A stretch of 64,000 bases of DNA from an uncultured virus (IMG/VR IMGVR_UViG_3300034284_002793) (IMGVR_UViG_3300034284_002793:1-64000), one strand, 5' to 3'; counted from the first letter of the stretch, positions 17,992-28,302 are shown. The notes: generated by a model not told the origin, from the sequence alone. Program-made: numbers and translations.

Positions 17992-19896
17992 TTACCCCAA
18001 AGCTATTGCAAATGCAATACTATTGTTTACACCTAAATTATTTATCTGGTTTTGTAAATTTACATTTACCTGATTTAATTGTCCAGTGGTTGCATAATTA
18101 GACAAATCAATTCCAGTAATAAAGCCACTTGGATTATTATTCGTATAAAACGCTCCAGTTTGGTTGGATGTAATAAAATTACCAGTTTCAGAAGGGCGTA
18201 CAACACTGCCCGTAGTATAATTTGATAAATCAACTCCTGTTATAAAACCACTTGGATTATCTTTTGTATAATAATTAGATAAATCTATATTAATTCCTGT
18301 TAATACAGGGTTTCCGGAAACGGTTAAAAGGTTGTTAACATTAACGGAATTTTGACGAACAACTAAATTATCGGCGGCACCAAGAGCACCATTGCCGCTT
18401 TTATAAATAATAAATTCTCTAGACTTAATGGGATCTGGATTAATATAAATATTTCCATGAGCAATAATTGGTCCGCCTCTGTTATCTGAAGTTCTTGCTC
18501 CACCATATAAATTAATGCTGCCAATAGTTTCTGGAAGTGGAGCAAATGTGGGTAAATTTCCACCACTACCACCTATTATAGTTATATTACCTGGCGTTAC
18601 TGGGGGAAATCCACCTGATAGGGCATTGCCGCCTATTAAAGTAATATTTCCGCCATTTGCAAATGAAAATGCACTTCCATCTCCAACTCCAGATCCGCCG
18701 CGTATTATAACTGATTCTCCGAATGCATCTGTAATTCCTACAACATCTTTTCCTGCAAGATTTATAGTACCACCAGTAATGATTATACCGCTTGAGAAAG
18801 TTTTTAGGCCGCCAATAGTTTGATTTCCAGTTGTATTTACATATGTTGTTGGGTCAATAGTTATTCCGCTAATTTTTAGTGATAGGCCATTTTGTATATT
18901 AAGATCAGAATCATTAACGCTAATAACTGGCGTACCAACATCTCCACTTTTATAAAATAGAACGCTTAAGTCTTTATTTGTGCCGCGATTTATAGAAATG
19001 CTGGATTGCAATTGAATATTTCCATTTGCGTTTGCGCCTGTCCCCCCCTGAATAACTACAGGACCACCAAATCCACCACCATCTCCTCCAAATAAATTTA
19101 ATTGGTTACCAAAAAAACCGTCTGGCCTACCTTTTATCTGATTAGCATAAACCGTGCTTAAAAATGTTTTTATACCACTAACTGCTTGATCACCAATCGT
19201 ATATACCAAATTTTCAATTCCGGTTATAAAACCAGAGTTATTTAAATTATTGATCTGATTTTGCAAATTAGATCCTGTAGATTCTAAGTTTAGAATTGTA
19301 GAATATTTATTATCAACGAAACCACTATAATTTGTTACGTCTTGAATAGCAGCAATGTCATTTAGAGTTGAAAGATCATCACTTCTTCTTGCAATACCAA
19401 ATTTAAAATTCTTGCTATGGTCAAAACCAATGATTGGCCCATAATCATTGATGCCAGAAAAACCGCTACCAGTTACGAAAAATATTCCCCCATCAACCGC
19501 ACCGCCAGTTAAATTTAAAATTAAGTATGGGCTTTGAACATTAAAATTTGTAGTACTAACTATAGTTTCTGTTCCTGTAACAAACAAGTTTTTTATATAA
19601 ATATTATCAACAAAATTTTTAATACCAGAAATCGTTTGATCGCCAGTTGTAAATACAACATTTGTTGTTGTTATATATCCGCTAGGATTCGACGCCGCGT
19701 AAAACGCTCCAGTTTGGCCTGTCGTTATATACGGCGAAAGATCTACGCCTGTAATAAAACCGCTAGGGTTATCTCTGGTGTAGTAGTTTGAAAGGTCTAC
19801 GTTTACCGCCTCGCCAGATAATAAAATATTATACTTTCCAAATCGGCTTTGATCTGAAAGTATTTTTTTATTGAATATATCTACTGATAGTGGCAT
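17992..19896 (-). CDS. tail fibre protein with NPSGFITG repeats and Gly-rich domain
   Basis: Repeats plus C-terminal IAFAIALG. Confidence 0.8.
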   Translation of the reverse strand: MPLSVDIFNKKILSDQSRFGKYNILLSGEAVNVDLSNYYTRDNPSGFITGVDLSPYITTGQTGAFYAASNPSGYITTTNVVFTTGDQTISGIKNFVDNIYIKNLFVTGTETIVSTTNFNVQSPYLILNLTGGAVDGGIFFVTGSGFSGINDYGPIIGFDHSKNFKFGIARRSDDLSTLNDIAAIQDVTNYSGFVDNKYSTILNLESTGSNLQNQINNLNNSGFITGIENLVYTIGDQAVSGIKTFLSTVYANQIKGRPDGFFGNQLNLFGGDGGGFGGPVVIQGGTGANANGNIQLQSSISINRGTNKDLSVLFYKSGDVGTPVISVNDSDLNIQNGLSLKISGITIDPTTYVNTTGNQTIGGLKTFSSGIIITGGTINLAGKDVVGITDAFGESVIIRGGSGVGDGSAFSFANGGNITLIGGNALSGGFPPVTPGNITIIGGSGGNLPTFAPLPETIGSINLYGGARTSDNRGGPIIAHGNIYINPDPIKSREFIIYKSGNGALGAADNLVVRQNSVNVNNLLTVSGNPVLTGINIDLSNYYTKDNPSGFITGVDLSNYTTGSVVRPSETGNFITSNQTGAFYTNNNPSGFITGIDLSNYATTGQLNQVNVNLQNQINNLGVNNSIAFAIALG

Positions 19897-19902
19897 GTAG
19901 TG

Positions 19903-20232
19903 TTAATTATTTGTATTTGTAATTGAATTCGTTACTGGAAAATTGGTTGAAAAATTTGTTGCAACATTGGTTGGGAAAACTTGCGGCGGAGCTGGTGTTA
20001 TCGCTGGAATCGGGGCAACAATTGGGTTTATTGGTTCATCTATTGGCGTGACTATCGGTGGGTTAATAACGTCACCACCCACGGCAATATTTGTAAAAAT
20101 TCTTGTATTAAACGCGTAATTTGGAAAAGTTTTCGGCCCGTAGCTTGCTGGCCAAACTAATATAAAACTTAAAAATAGCCCAATTATGGCAAAAATAATG
20201 GTGTCTGTGGGTAGTCTGAGAATAGAAATCAT
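19903..20232 (-). CDS. membrane protein with Pro/Thr/Asn-rich tail
   Basis: N-terminal TM, TN-rich C-terminus, GTGTAA upstream. Confidence 0.6.
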   Translation of the reverse strand: MISILRLPTDTIIFAIIGLFLSFILVWPASYGPKTFPNYAFNTRIFTNIAVGGDVINPPIVTPIDEPINPIVAPIPAITPAPPQVFPTNVATNFSTNFPVTNSITNTNN

Positions 20233-20286
20233 AGTATGCTTTACACTTATAACTCATTAAACATAGGCACATCAATCAAAATACTT

Positions 20287-20853
20287 TTATTTTTCTATAA
20301 AATCAACCAATTGACCTGAAGAGTTTAGTTGTTTTTTAATTGGCGTGATAAATTCGTTGCATAATTCTAAATTAAATTTGTTTTTAATTTTATTAACAGT
20401 GCCTTCCTGACTTGCCTGTAAATCTTCAAAATTTATCATAATAGATATGTCGGGATTTTGTTCACAAAAGTCTGTGTAAATTTTTTGCCTTTGGGTATAA
20501 AAATCCAAATCATCTTTATAAACTTCTAAGCCCATAGGAGTATTATAAAACCAAATATCTTTATTTGCTAGCCTTGGTAAAAATTCAAAGGTATTTTGAT
20601 GCTTTAATTTAACACTCTCTGACCAACAATCATAATTTCGGTTTGTGAAAATAAAATAAGGCTGTTCATTTGTGTATTTTTTAATGTATTCTAAAATAAT
20701 CTCAGACGGAGGAACCCCATGTTTCCATCCAAGATAGTGCGTGTGATGCTCTCCCAAGTCGCAAACATATGCTTTAAAATTTATAGTAAGTAGACATTGC
20801 AGCAGATTTGTTCCTGTTCGTGGCATGCCGTAAACTTTTAAAATCTCTTTCAT
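20287..20853 (-). CDS. sulfotransferase-fold protein
   Basis: YGMPRTGTN PAPS-loop-like motif, GWKHG, I.FEDL. Confidence 0.65.
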   Translation of the reverse strand: MKEILKVYGMPRTGTNLLQCLLTINFKAYVCDLGEHHTHYLGWKHGVPPSEIILEYIKKYTNEQPYFIFTNRNYDCWSESVKLKHQNTFEFLPRLANKDIWFYNTPMGLEVYKDDLDFYTQRQKIYTDFCEQNPDISIMINFEDLQASQEGTVNKIKNKFNLELCNEFITPIKKQLNSSGQLVDFIEK

Positions 20854-20862
20854 TGGGCGTTA

Positions 20863-21648
20863 TTAAAGATTTAATCTTTGAACTAAATTTTCTATTTTTT
20901 CCGAAATTCCGTACTGATTTTTTGCACCCATCAAGTGAGTGTATTTTTTAGCCATTGCCTCTTCATTACTTGGCCACCCATTTGGAAAAACAAAATCTAT
21001 TTTTTTATCATAGAACTTCGCTATTGCAGAAAGATAATATTGTTCGGCTATTACGGCTTTTGTCCATTGATTATGTTTAAACCCGTGGTAATGAGTCCAA
21101 AAATCTTGATTGCTAGGATCTTCTACAAATTGAATTGCTGATTTGCTGTATTTTCTTATAAAATCTGTATCATGCCCGCCAATAACACCAACATTTACTG
21201 CATATTCTGGTTTAGAATTATTAATTATATGCAAATTTGGACAATGTCTTTCTAGTTTTTCAATTTCATAAAAATAATTAACAGCATTTTCTGGAGATTG
21301 GGCAAAAATTGCAGAGTTTGAAATATTTCCAATTCCCTCATATAGAAAAACATCGTAATCCACATGAATAAATGGTTGTTTTTTTTCTGCAATTTGCCCG
21401 TAAGCATAGAGCTTACTAATGCTCCAAGTCTGTGAATATTTTGAATCTACCTCGTTAAGCCCTTCTGAAATAGATGTCCATTTTATGTCTTTAAAAATTT
21501 CTGCACCTTTTGTATCAGTAATAAAATGCACCTCGCCAAAATTTTTTAATAAAAAATATGATGATAATTTATGTAAATTTATTATAAATGGAGAAGGATT
21601 AGCGGCGTAACCATTTGTCCAATATGACATGTATGGTACTAGTTTCAT
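20863..21648 (-). CDS. GT-A-like (DxD) nucleotide-sugar transferase-type protein
   Basis: W...KL, PFIHVDYDVFL, N.G..GG, EQ, YTHL. Confidence 0.65.
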   Translation of the reverse strand: MKLVPYMSYWTNGYAANPSPFIINLHKLSSYFLLKNFGEVHFITDTKGAEIFKDIKWTSISEGLNEVDSKYSQTWSISKLYAYGQIAEKKQPFIHVDYDVFLYEGIGNISNSAIFAQSPENAVNYFYEIEKLERHCPNLHIINNSKPEYAVNVGVIGGHDTDFIRKYSKSAIQFVEDPSNQDFWTHYHGFKHNQWTKAVIAEQYYLSAIAKFYDKKIDFVFPNGWPSNEEAMAKKYTHLMGAKNQYGISEKIENLVQRLNL

Positions 21649-22190
21649 AAAATTTCGAGAAGTTCGTCAATTAAATTAATGCCAATACCAACAACACCTT
21701 GGTTATTGTAATTATAAAAATAATTTGATGGTGGCGTTACGCTAACAGATGAAAAATTAATTACATTATCACCAATATTTTGCAATAAAATTCTTGTAGT
21801 ATACCCCTCAAATGAATATATGATATTTTCATCGCCGAGTTCTGCAAAAACTGTATTTGATGGAAAGGTGTGAGCAACGTGCCCTTGATGATCGGCAATT
21901 AAATATACATTTATGTTTTTTCCAATTGCAAAATTGGCATAAAAAACTGTTAATGAATCAGCTGCTTTTATTAAAAATGTATCATAATTTTTAATATCTA
22001 AAGTTACATTATTTTGATTTTCTATATATTGTATTGTGCTAATTGTTGGATCTGCCCATGTTCCGTCGCCGCGTAAAAAGTTTTTATTATCACCAGTAGT
22101 GGCTTGTGGAACAAAACCGGGGCGACCAGCATAACTACCAGAAACACCGTCATATGTTTTTGCTACATAATATTTATTGAGATCTATCAT
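21645..22190 (-). CDS. tail-associated protein
   Basis: G.VP......FLRGDGTW fibre motif. Confidence 0.65.
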   Translation of the reverse strand: MIDLNKYYVAKTYDGVSGSYAGRPGFVPQATTGDNKNFLRGDGTWADPTISTIQYIENQNNVTLDIKNYDTFLIKAADSLTVFYANFAIGKNINVYLIADHQGHVAHTFPSNTVFAELGDENIIYSFEGYTTRILLQNIGDNVINFSSVSVTPPSNYFYNYNNQGVVGIGINLIDELLEIL

Positions 22191-22199
22191 GATTAAAAA

Positions 22200-25100
22200 T
22201 TAAATATTGGCATAGGTTTCGATTTGTGTAATTTCTTCTGAAGATAGCTCCCTGTTATAAATTAGTATTTCTACTATTTGACCTGGTAATATTTCATCAG
22301 GAGTGCCCCTTCCCCCTATAACGATATTAGTCAACTGTGGCAAGTTATTCATCGTGCCGTATGATATATTATATGATGTTACGCCATTAATGCGAATAAA
22401 ATTAGAATTGGGTATGCCGTTATGCACAACAGTTTGAACATGATAATTCGCAAGGCTGCTTGAAGAAGCGGCTGTTGGCCCAGCAATTTGTCTGGCTTCG
22501 GTGTAGTAGTAGCCCCTATCTTCGTTAGCGTTTTTAAAGACGTAACACAAATCTCCTGATGTTGAGTTTAAGTAACCTTTTTGACCTGTGGTAGCAGGGT
22601 TATTATATCTACCAATAACTACAAAGGTGCGAGGTGCGCCATTGCTTATAGGGGTAGGAAATGTAAACGTAAAATATGTATTAGAGCCATTAAATGAAAC
22701 AGCTTTGCGGCCATTAAACTCATTTGTTAGCAAGGTCGGATTATTAAATGCGGTGGCTACTACTCCATTCTGCTGATCGGTCCAAGAGGTAATGTTGCCA
22801 CCAGACTCACTAATACCACTATCGGCATTGAATCTAACAAGCAATCCATTTCTAGGAATCTCAGAAACAGGATTTGCAAATGGTGCAGTCTGAGGTACAA
22901 AGTTTGCAGTATATCGGGCAACACCTTTGGTAATTCTTAGTTCGTCGATGTAGCCGTTAAAAGAACCATCCCCACCTCTACCGATATAGATATTTGATGG
23001 TAAAGAATGAGATTGTAGAATAGGAATATTTAAATTTGTAAGACCTGAATCTGCTACCCCGTTTACGTAAACTGTGGTATTTGCACCATTACGTACCCAG
23101 GCTATATGTGTCCATTGATTTTGAGGAATAGTTGCATTGCCCACTATTGGGGCACCCCCAAACGGTTGATACCAAGAGCTAGAACCATTTTGTATTAATA
23201 GGCCTATTTTGTTTGAAGAGGTTATTTGCAATTCCCAGGGAGAATATATTCCAGCAAGTCTTGTTGTAATTAATGCCCCGCCAGATTGAGATGCTGCGCT
23301 AAAAACCCACATTTCAACGGTGTAATTAGTATTATAAAAATTAAAAGTACTATTACCCGCAATTTCTAAATAATCCCCATTACCATCAAAAAGAGCCGCT
23401 CCACTTCCAAACTTTTTAATAGCCGTATCTATCTGAGCATTTCCATAAGCTGTCAAAGCGAAATTATTCGCAGAAGAGTCGGTAAAAGGTGCAGGATTAA
23501 AGTTTAATAATAATGAAACATTATTAAAGTTTGGGTCATCATTGATATTTGATGGTAATTGGGTGGCAGGAGGAGTAAAGGTTGTTGTATATCTAGCAAC
23601 TCCCTTGGTTACTCTTAAATCATCGATATAGCCATTAATAGTATACGATCCAATAGTTTCTGTAATCGTGCTAATTAAAACACCACCTCTTGAAAAATTT
23701 ACAGAGTTAGTTAAAGATATAACACTGATACCGTTTAAAAATACCTTTAAAGAAGAGCCAGAGCGGGAAACTGCTATATGGTTCCATGTATTAATTATTG
23801 GATGAGATGAGGCATTAGTTGGAGTTCCATTATGGAAAAAATACAGTTGCCCAGATGAATCTACCGCAATTGCAAATCCATCTGATCTTGTAGAGTTTTG
23901 ATTTGGCAACGTAGCATCATATAAGCATTGGTTGGTAGACAATGATAGAGGATAATACCACATTTCTACAGTAAAATCTCCAGGAAACTGAAATGCTTCA
24001 TTGAATGAAGAAGCTAGATAATCCCCACTACCATCAAAACTAACAGAACCTCCTCCATACTTGTACGTAGAAGTACTAATTTTCGTATTTCCATACTTTG
24101 TTAGTTTAAAATTATTTTTAGATTTATCCGCATAAGAATCTCCATCCATGTGTAGTAATAAAGAAACATTATCGCCGTGTGGATCTGAAGGATCGGGTAA
24201 TTGTTGCGCTGGCGGGGTAAAGTTCGAAGTATATCGGGCAATGCCAGATGTAATTCGAAAATCATCTAAATATCCTTGAAAATAGAAACCGTAATTAGGT
24301 GCTCCACCTATTGTAAAAATATTGTTAGTTACTGGGTATGTTTGATTGCCTGACCCAACAGCGGTTCCATTTATATAAAGAGTATTAACATTATTGTTTC
24401 GTACAATAGCAAAATGTACCCACTGGTTAAGCGTAGCGGTGCCGCCTTGAAAATCGGGTGTGAAACCATCATTTAAAACAAATGTACCGTCACCATCTAT
24501 ATAAAAATGCACCCCACCTTGACCAGGTTGAATATCTCCAGCTTCAAAAATTGTGCCAAGACTACCGCTGCCAGTACGATATACCCAACCCTCAATAGTA
24601 AAATTGGAACTATAATCAAAAAGTTGATTTCCTCTTATGTAATCTCCATTACCATCAAAATAGGCTGAGCCTCCTCCGTATTTCGTAATTGAAGTATCTA
24701 ATTTAGCATTTCCATTTGGTGTTAATTGTAAACTGTTTGTTGATGAATCTTCTAAGAATAATATTCCTTCTGGCTCTAAGCCGTTTCCGTTATTGTATAA
24801 TGCTTGAACTTCTTGCAATGTTAAAGGCCTATCCCAAATTCCTACAGCATCAAACATTCCATCTGTAACATTGTCGTTGTATGTATAAGCAATTGAGATT
24901 TTTCCTGCAGATGTAAATGTGTGTGTATTAGATCCTATTAAAACCCCATTTAAATAAAACGATACAACTCCATTGCTGCTAACGCCACATAAATGATACC
25001 ATGTATTTGTAGTAATACCTCCAGAAGAAGAAGATACAATTGCATTATTACCAGAGTTGTTTCCAATATAAACAGTACCATTGGTTAGTGAACCAAATGT

Positions 25101-25376
25101 AAACGCATTAACAGTTCCATCTGCACCAAATTTACCACCATTCGTTAAGGTATTTAATTTTAACCAGCAAGATACAGAAAAGTTTCCACTAGCATATGGA
25201 ACAGGTGGGCTAAAAAGGGCTTCAAGACTACGCCCTAATTGAAATACAGCTCCTTGGCCTATTTTTCCCGATGCAAAAGTAACGCCATTAACGTTTGTTA
25301 AAGTGTATCTATTACCTCGACTATCTATTAGATCGTCAAGTTTCCAAAATGCTAGTAAATTTTCTTTAGGAAACAT
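22200..25376 (-). CDS. multi-LamG (5 domains) receptor-binding/tail protein
   Basis: Three near-repeat modules KFG.G...FDG.GDY..FT.E.W..W.H.A..R..GY.D..R.T.G.ARYT flanked by two other LamG-type domains. Confidence 0.85.
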   Translation of the reverse strand: MFPKENLLAFWKLDDLIDSRGNRYTLTNVNGVTFASGKIGQGAVFQLGRSLEALFSPPVPYASGNFSVSCWLKLNTLTNGGKFGADGTVNAFTFGSLTNGTVYIGNNSGNNAIVSSSSGGITTNTWYHLCGVSSNGVVSFYLNGVLIGSNTHTFTSAGKISIAYTYNDNVTDGMFDAVGIWDRPLTLQEVQALYNNGNGLEPEGILFLEDSSTNSLQLTPNGNAKLDTSITKYGGGSAYFDGNGDYIRGNQLFDYSSNFTIEGWVYRTGSGSLGTIFEAGDIQPGQGGVHFYIDGDGTFVLNDGFTPDFQGGTATLNQWVHFAIVRNNNVNTLYINGTAVGSGNQTYPVTNNIFTIGGAPNYGFYFQGYLDDFRITSGIARYTSNFTPPAQQLPDPSDPHGDNVSLLLHMDGDSYADKSKNNFKLTKYGNTKISTSTYKYGGGSVSFDGSGDYLASSFNEAFQFPGDFTVEMWYYPLSLSTNQCLYDATLPNQNSTRSDGFAIAVDSSGQLYFFHNGTPTNASSHPIINTWNHIAVSRSGSSLKVFLNGISVISLTNSVNFSRGGVLISTITETIGSYTINGYIDDLRVTKGVARYTTTFTPPATQLPSNINDDPNFNNVSLLLNFNPAPFTDSSANNFALTAYGNAQIDTAIKKFGSGAALFDGNGDYLEIAGNSTFNFYNTNYTVEMWVFSAASQSGGALITTRLAGIYSPWELQITSSNKIGLLIQNGSSSWYQPFGGAPIVGNATIPQNQWTHIAWVRNGANTTVYVNGVADSGLTNLNIPILQSHSLPSNIYIGRGGDGSFNGYIDELRITKGVARYTANFVPQTAPFANPVSEIPRNGLLVRFNADSGISESGGNITSWTDQQNGVVATAFNNPTLLTNEFNGRKAVSFNGSNTYFTFTFPTPISNGAPRTFVVIGRYNNPATTGQKGYLNSTSGDLCYVFKNANEDRGYYYTEARQIAGPTAASSSSLANYHVQTVVHNGIPNSNFIRINGVTSYNISYGTMNNLPQLTNIVIGGRGTPDEILPGQIVEILIYNRELSSEEITQIETYANI

Positions 25377-25384
25377 ATTATATT

Positions 25385-27049
25385 TTAATTAAAGTGAAGT
25401 AGTAAAGTAACATAGTCCGAATATGGATCGGCTCCTGTTGTAATCGGTGGAACTTCAAGAATTGAGAATGTTCCACTAGCCAAGCCACTACCGCCACTGT
25501 TAACGGCTGTAAGGTAGAATGTATAATTTCCAGTTTCATTGAATGTATAAGTTATTACACTCTGATCAAACTCTGGGGCGGAATCTCCGCTAACGTTCCA
25601 GTACCAGTGATCAACTGGCGAAAATTCAGCTGGAGTTTGTAGATTTATCCCTGTAAATGAGAGAGTCAATGGGGCAAATCCAGAGATGCTTGAAGTGGAA
25701 ATTGCTGGTATTGGTGGAAGTGGGTTAAATACATTGATAAATCTATTCTCAACATCAAATCCAGCTGCGTTCGACCCAGAAAGTGTTACATTATAAATTC
25801 CAGTTTGTAAGTATGTATAATTAATAGTTTGACCAGTTACTACATATCCATTTCCAGTGTTTAGATTCCAGTACCATTCATCAACTGGCGCTTGTGCTGG
25901 ATCAAGCAAGTTAACCCCCGTGAGAGCGATAGAGAATGGAACGATTCCACTCAATGATGCGCCCGTAATGGCAATCGATGGCGGTAAGAATAGTGGTACA
26001 TTATGTATTGGCATTGGATAAATTCTCCAACCAATATTATTTTGTGTTGTATAAATTAACTTAATTAGCCCATGACGGACATTGCATTCTAACTTGTCTT
26101 TTTTCTGCTCAATATAATTTCCATTATTATCAATAACTAATGGATTAATATGCCAAGTGCCAGCACTGTCATAAAGCTCAATCTCGTCGCCCTTTTGAGG
26201 ATTGGCTGGTAAAATTCCAGTTACAAGCCCTGAAAATGTATCAAATGAATAACGATTATTAGAAAGTAAATTAACAACCCCACTGGCTGGAAAATATCTA
26301 AAGTTGGCACTTCCAGCAGCTTCGCCGCTTAGTAGAACGCCAGTTCCATTAACCGTTGGTCTATTAGTAAAATTTGCAATGCCACTCAATATGGATAATG
26401 GTGCAAAGCCAGGTGCTCCGCCACCATATTGAAAACTACCACTAGCCTCACCCCCCATCATTTTTATAGCTAGCACTTCCTCTTCGTTTATGAGTAGCCC
26501 CAATTCGCCGCCATATAGGTCATCCCCTATTGTTACTATTGAGCCAAAATTGACTCCAAAATTTGTTGCGGAATTTTTAAATGCTTTTCTACCGCTAATA
26601 TCTTGATTGCCAGTGGTATAAACTATTGTGCTTGGTAGACTAGCCGCTTCCCCACTTAATAGTACGCCAGTTCCATTAACGGTTGGGCGATTTAAAAATT
26701 GTCCGCTTGTTTTTGTGACATAATTTGATAGATTAACCCCTGTAATATAACCACTAGGATTGTCTCTGGTATAATAATTAGATAAATCAACTAAAAAATT
26801 ACCTTCTCCGCTTAATAATACTCCTGTCCCATTAACTGTTGGGCGAGTAATGAAATTTTTTATACCAAATATATTTTGATCTCCAGTTGTTAAAACAGCA
26901 TTTTGCGCACTATCAATTACTACGTGCCCAACCTGTCCATTTACAGATAAGACAGATTGACTCCCAACAACAATATCAACCGTTATATCTTCACTGTATG
27001 GATCTGGCGTTACTACAATAACTTCCTGATCTGAATTTTCTAAAATCAT
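25385..27049 (-). CDS. tail fibre protein with two PKD-like domains
   Basis: 3x RPTVNGTGVLLSGE; W.WN..YT....G.Y..TL...N..G repeats. Confidence 0.8.
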   Translation of the reverse strand: MILENSDQEVIVVTPDPYSEDITVDIVVGSQSVLSVNGQVGHVVIDSAQNAVLTTGDQNIFGIKNFITRPTVNGTGVLLSGEGNFLVDLSNYYTRDNPSGYITGVNLSNYVTKTSGQFLNRPTVNGTGVLLSGEAASLPSTIVYTTGNQDISGRKAFKNSATNFGVNFGSIVTIGDDLYGGELGLLINEEEVLAIKMMGGEASGSFQYGGGAPGFAPLSILSGIANFTNRPTVNGTGVLLSGEAAGSANFRYFPASGVVNLLSNNRYSFDTFSGLVTGILPANPQKGDEIELYDSAGTWHINPLVIDNNGNYIEQKKDKLECNVRHGLIKLIYTTQNNIGWRIYPMPIHNVPLFLPPSIAITGASLSGIVPFSIALTGVNLLDPAQAPVDEWYWNLNTGNGYVVTGQTINYTYLQTGIYNVTLSGSNAAGFDVENRFINVFNPLPPIPAISTSSISGFAPLTLSFTGINLQTPAEFSPVDHWYWNVSGDSAPEFDQSVITYTFNETGNYTFYLTAVNSGGSGLASGTFSILEVPPITTGADPYSDYVTLLLHFN

Positions 27050-27402
27050 TATTCTGTAACATCAGTAATATCTTGATAAACGGATACGTCTCCGCGAACA
27101 TATGTTCTTACCACATTGCCAGACATTAATTGCAAATCATAACCATATGTACTTGCATTTATTTCCATTTGCTCCCCAGGCTTTGGCAGCATTGTTACTG
27201 CGTTGCCAGATATTGACATTGTATTATCAATGGTGTCCCATGCAGCAACAACTTCATTTGTTCTTTTATTTCTAAATTGAACTGATGCTCGCACACCACT
27301 TAGCGGTATTCCGCTTCCACTAACATCAGTAAATTTAAAAATTATTGGACCGTAACTATCGCCACGATATGCGTCTGGTAAATTGTAAATTGCTGGTATC
27401 AT
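27049..27402 (-). CDS. tail/baseplate adaptor-like protein (BppU-N-like)
   Basis: MIPA.YN...YRGD..YDLQ....V.TY..G pattern, first gene of the fibre operon. Confidence 0.6.
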   Translation of the reverse strand: MIPAIYNLPDAYRGDSYGPIIFKFTDVSGSGIPLSGVRASVQFRNKRTNEVVAAWDTIDNTMSISGNAVTMLPKPGEQMEINASTYGYDLQLMSGNVVRTYVRGDVSVYQDITDVTE

Positions 27403-27490
27403 AAGAGTAAAAATGTATTAAGATATAATTTCTTAATTAATTACACCGTTTTTTACTCTAAATACGCCACTTAAAATAAATATTTTAATA

Positions 27491-27578
27491 CGGTGAGAGA
27501 GAGATTCGAACTCTCGGTAGACTTTTGGCCTACGGGACTTTAGCAAAGTCCTGCCTTAAACCGCTCGGCCATCTCACC
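27491..27578 (-). tRNA. trnS: tRNA-Ser(GCT)
   Basis: GGACT-TTGCTAA-AGTCC, long variable arm, G discriminator. Confidence 0.95.
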
Positions 27579-27604
27579 TAATAGCTAATAGCTAATAGCT
27601 AATA
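27578..27604. repeat. 7-bp tandem repeat (CTAATAG) x~3.9
   Basis: ctaatag ctaatag ctaatag ctaata. Confidence 0.9.
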
Positions 27605-27619
27605 TTTTTTTATAAAAAA

Positions 27620-28054
27620 TGGTGGAGGTGAGGGGAGTTGAACCCCTGTCCAATTAATTTACATTAAAAATTCTACATGTTTATGTGTTTTTGGCGTTTG
27701 ATTGGCTAAAGGCCACCTTGGCAACACAAGCCTAACTTTTAAAGCCTGCCTATGCAGAGAACGTTCTGCATAACGCCCAACAATTATTTTTACAATTAAG
27801 TTGGCTTGGTAAACCTATTGCGTTTCCAATGCTTTTAATAGGATCCAGACATTGGTTCTTAGGCTGCTAAGAGCATTTCGTCCTCAACGCCAGCGAGAAA
27901 CTCGTCAGCGTTGTTGAAGATATACTCGGCTTCAGCCAAGATATCAGAAGTATTATCTTCTGCGTTTAGTTTTTAATCGATTTTTAACGAGGCCGTCGAT
28001 CAACCTCGACATGCATTTTTAATTTCAACTAGCTGTCGAAACCAATACACCCCC
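27620..28054 (-). ncRNA. ssrA: tmRNA
   Basis: 5' GGGGGTG..TTCGAC, 3' T-arm and CACCTCC-ACCA with G3.U70; tag frame 27963..27859 ending LLAA-TAA. Confidence 0.97.
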
Positions 28055-28062
28055 CCAAAAAG

Positions 28063-28138
28063 TGGAGCCTGAGGTCGGACTCGAACCGACGACCACGCGA
28101 TTACAAATCGAGCGCTCTACCAACTGAGCTACACAGGC
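28063..28138 (-). tRNA. trnT: tRNA-Thr(TGT), CCA encoded
   Basis: Loop TTTGTAA; GCCTG../..CAGGC-T-CCA acceptor. Confidence 0.92.
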
Positions 28139-28146
28139 ATAAAAAT

Positions 28147-28220
28147 TGGAGCGGAATGAGAGAATCGAACTCTCGTTACCTGCTTGGAAGGCAGAAGTTT
28201 TACCATTAAACTAATCCCGC
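28147..28220 (-). tRNA. trnG: tRNA-Gly(TCC), CCA encoded
   Basis: GCGGGAT acceptor, loop CTTCCAA, U discriminator. Confidence 0.95.
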
Positions 28221-28224
28221 AAAA

Positions 28225-28297
28225 TCGGGCAGAGAGGACTCGAACCTCCGGTACCCTGCTCCCAAAGCAGGTGCCATAGCCACTAGGCGACTGCCCG
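28225..28297 (-). tRNA. trnP: tRNA-Pro(TGG)
   Basis: CGGGCAG/CTGCCCG-A; CCTGC-TTTGGGA-GCAGG. Confidence 0.95.
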
Positions 28298-28302
28298 TTA
28301 AA

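Noticed and set aside
11343..27049. CRISPR array or diversity-generating retroelement
   Set aside because: The repeats are in-frame protein modules with irregular spacing; no reverse transcriptase in the window and differences are not adenine-specific.
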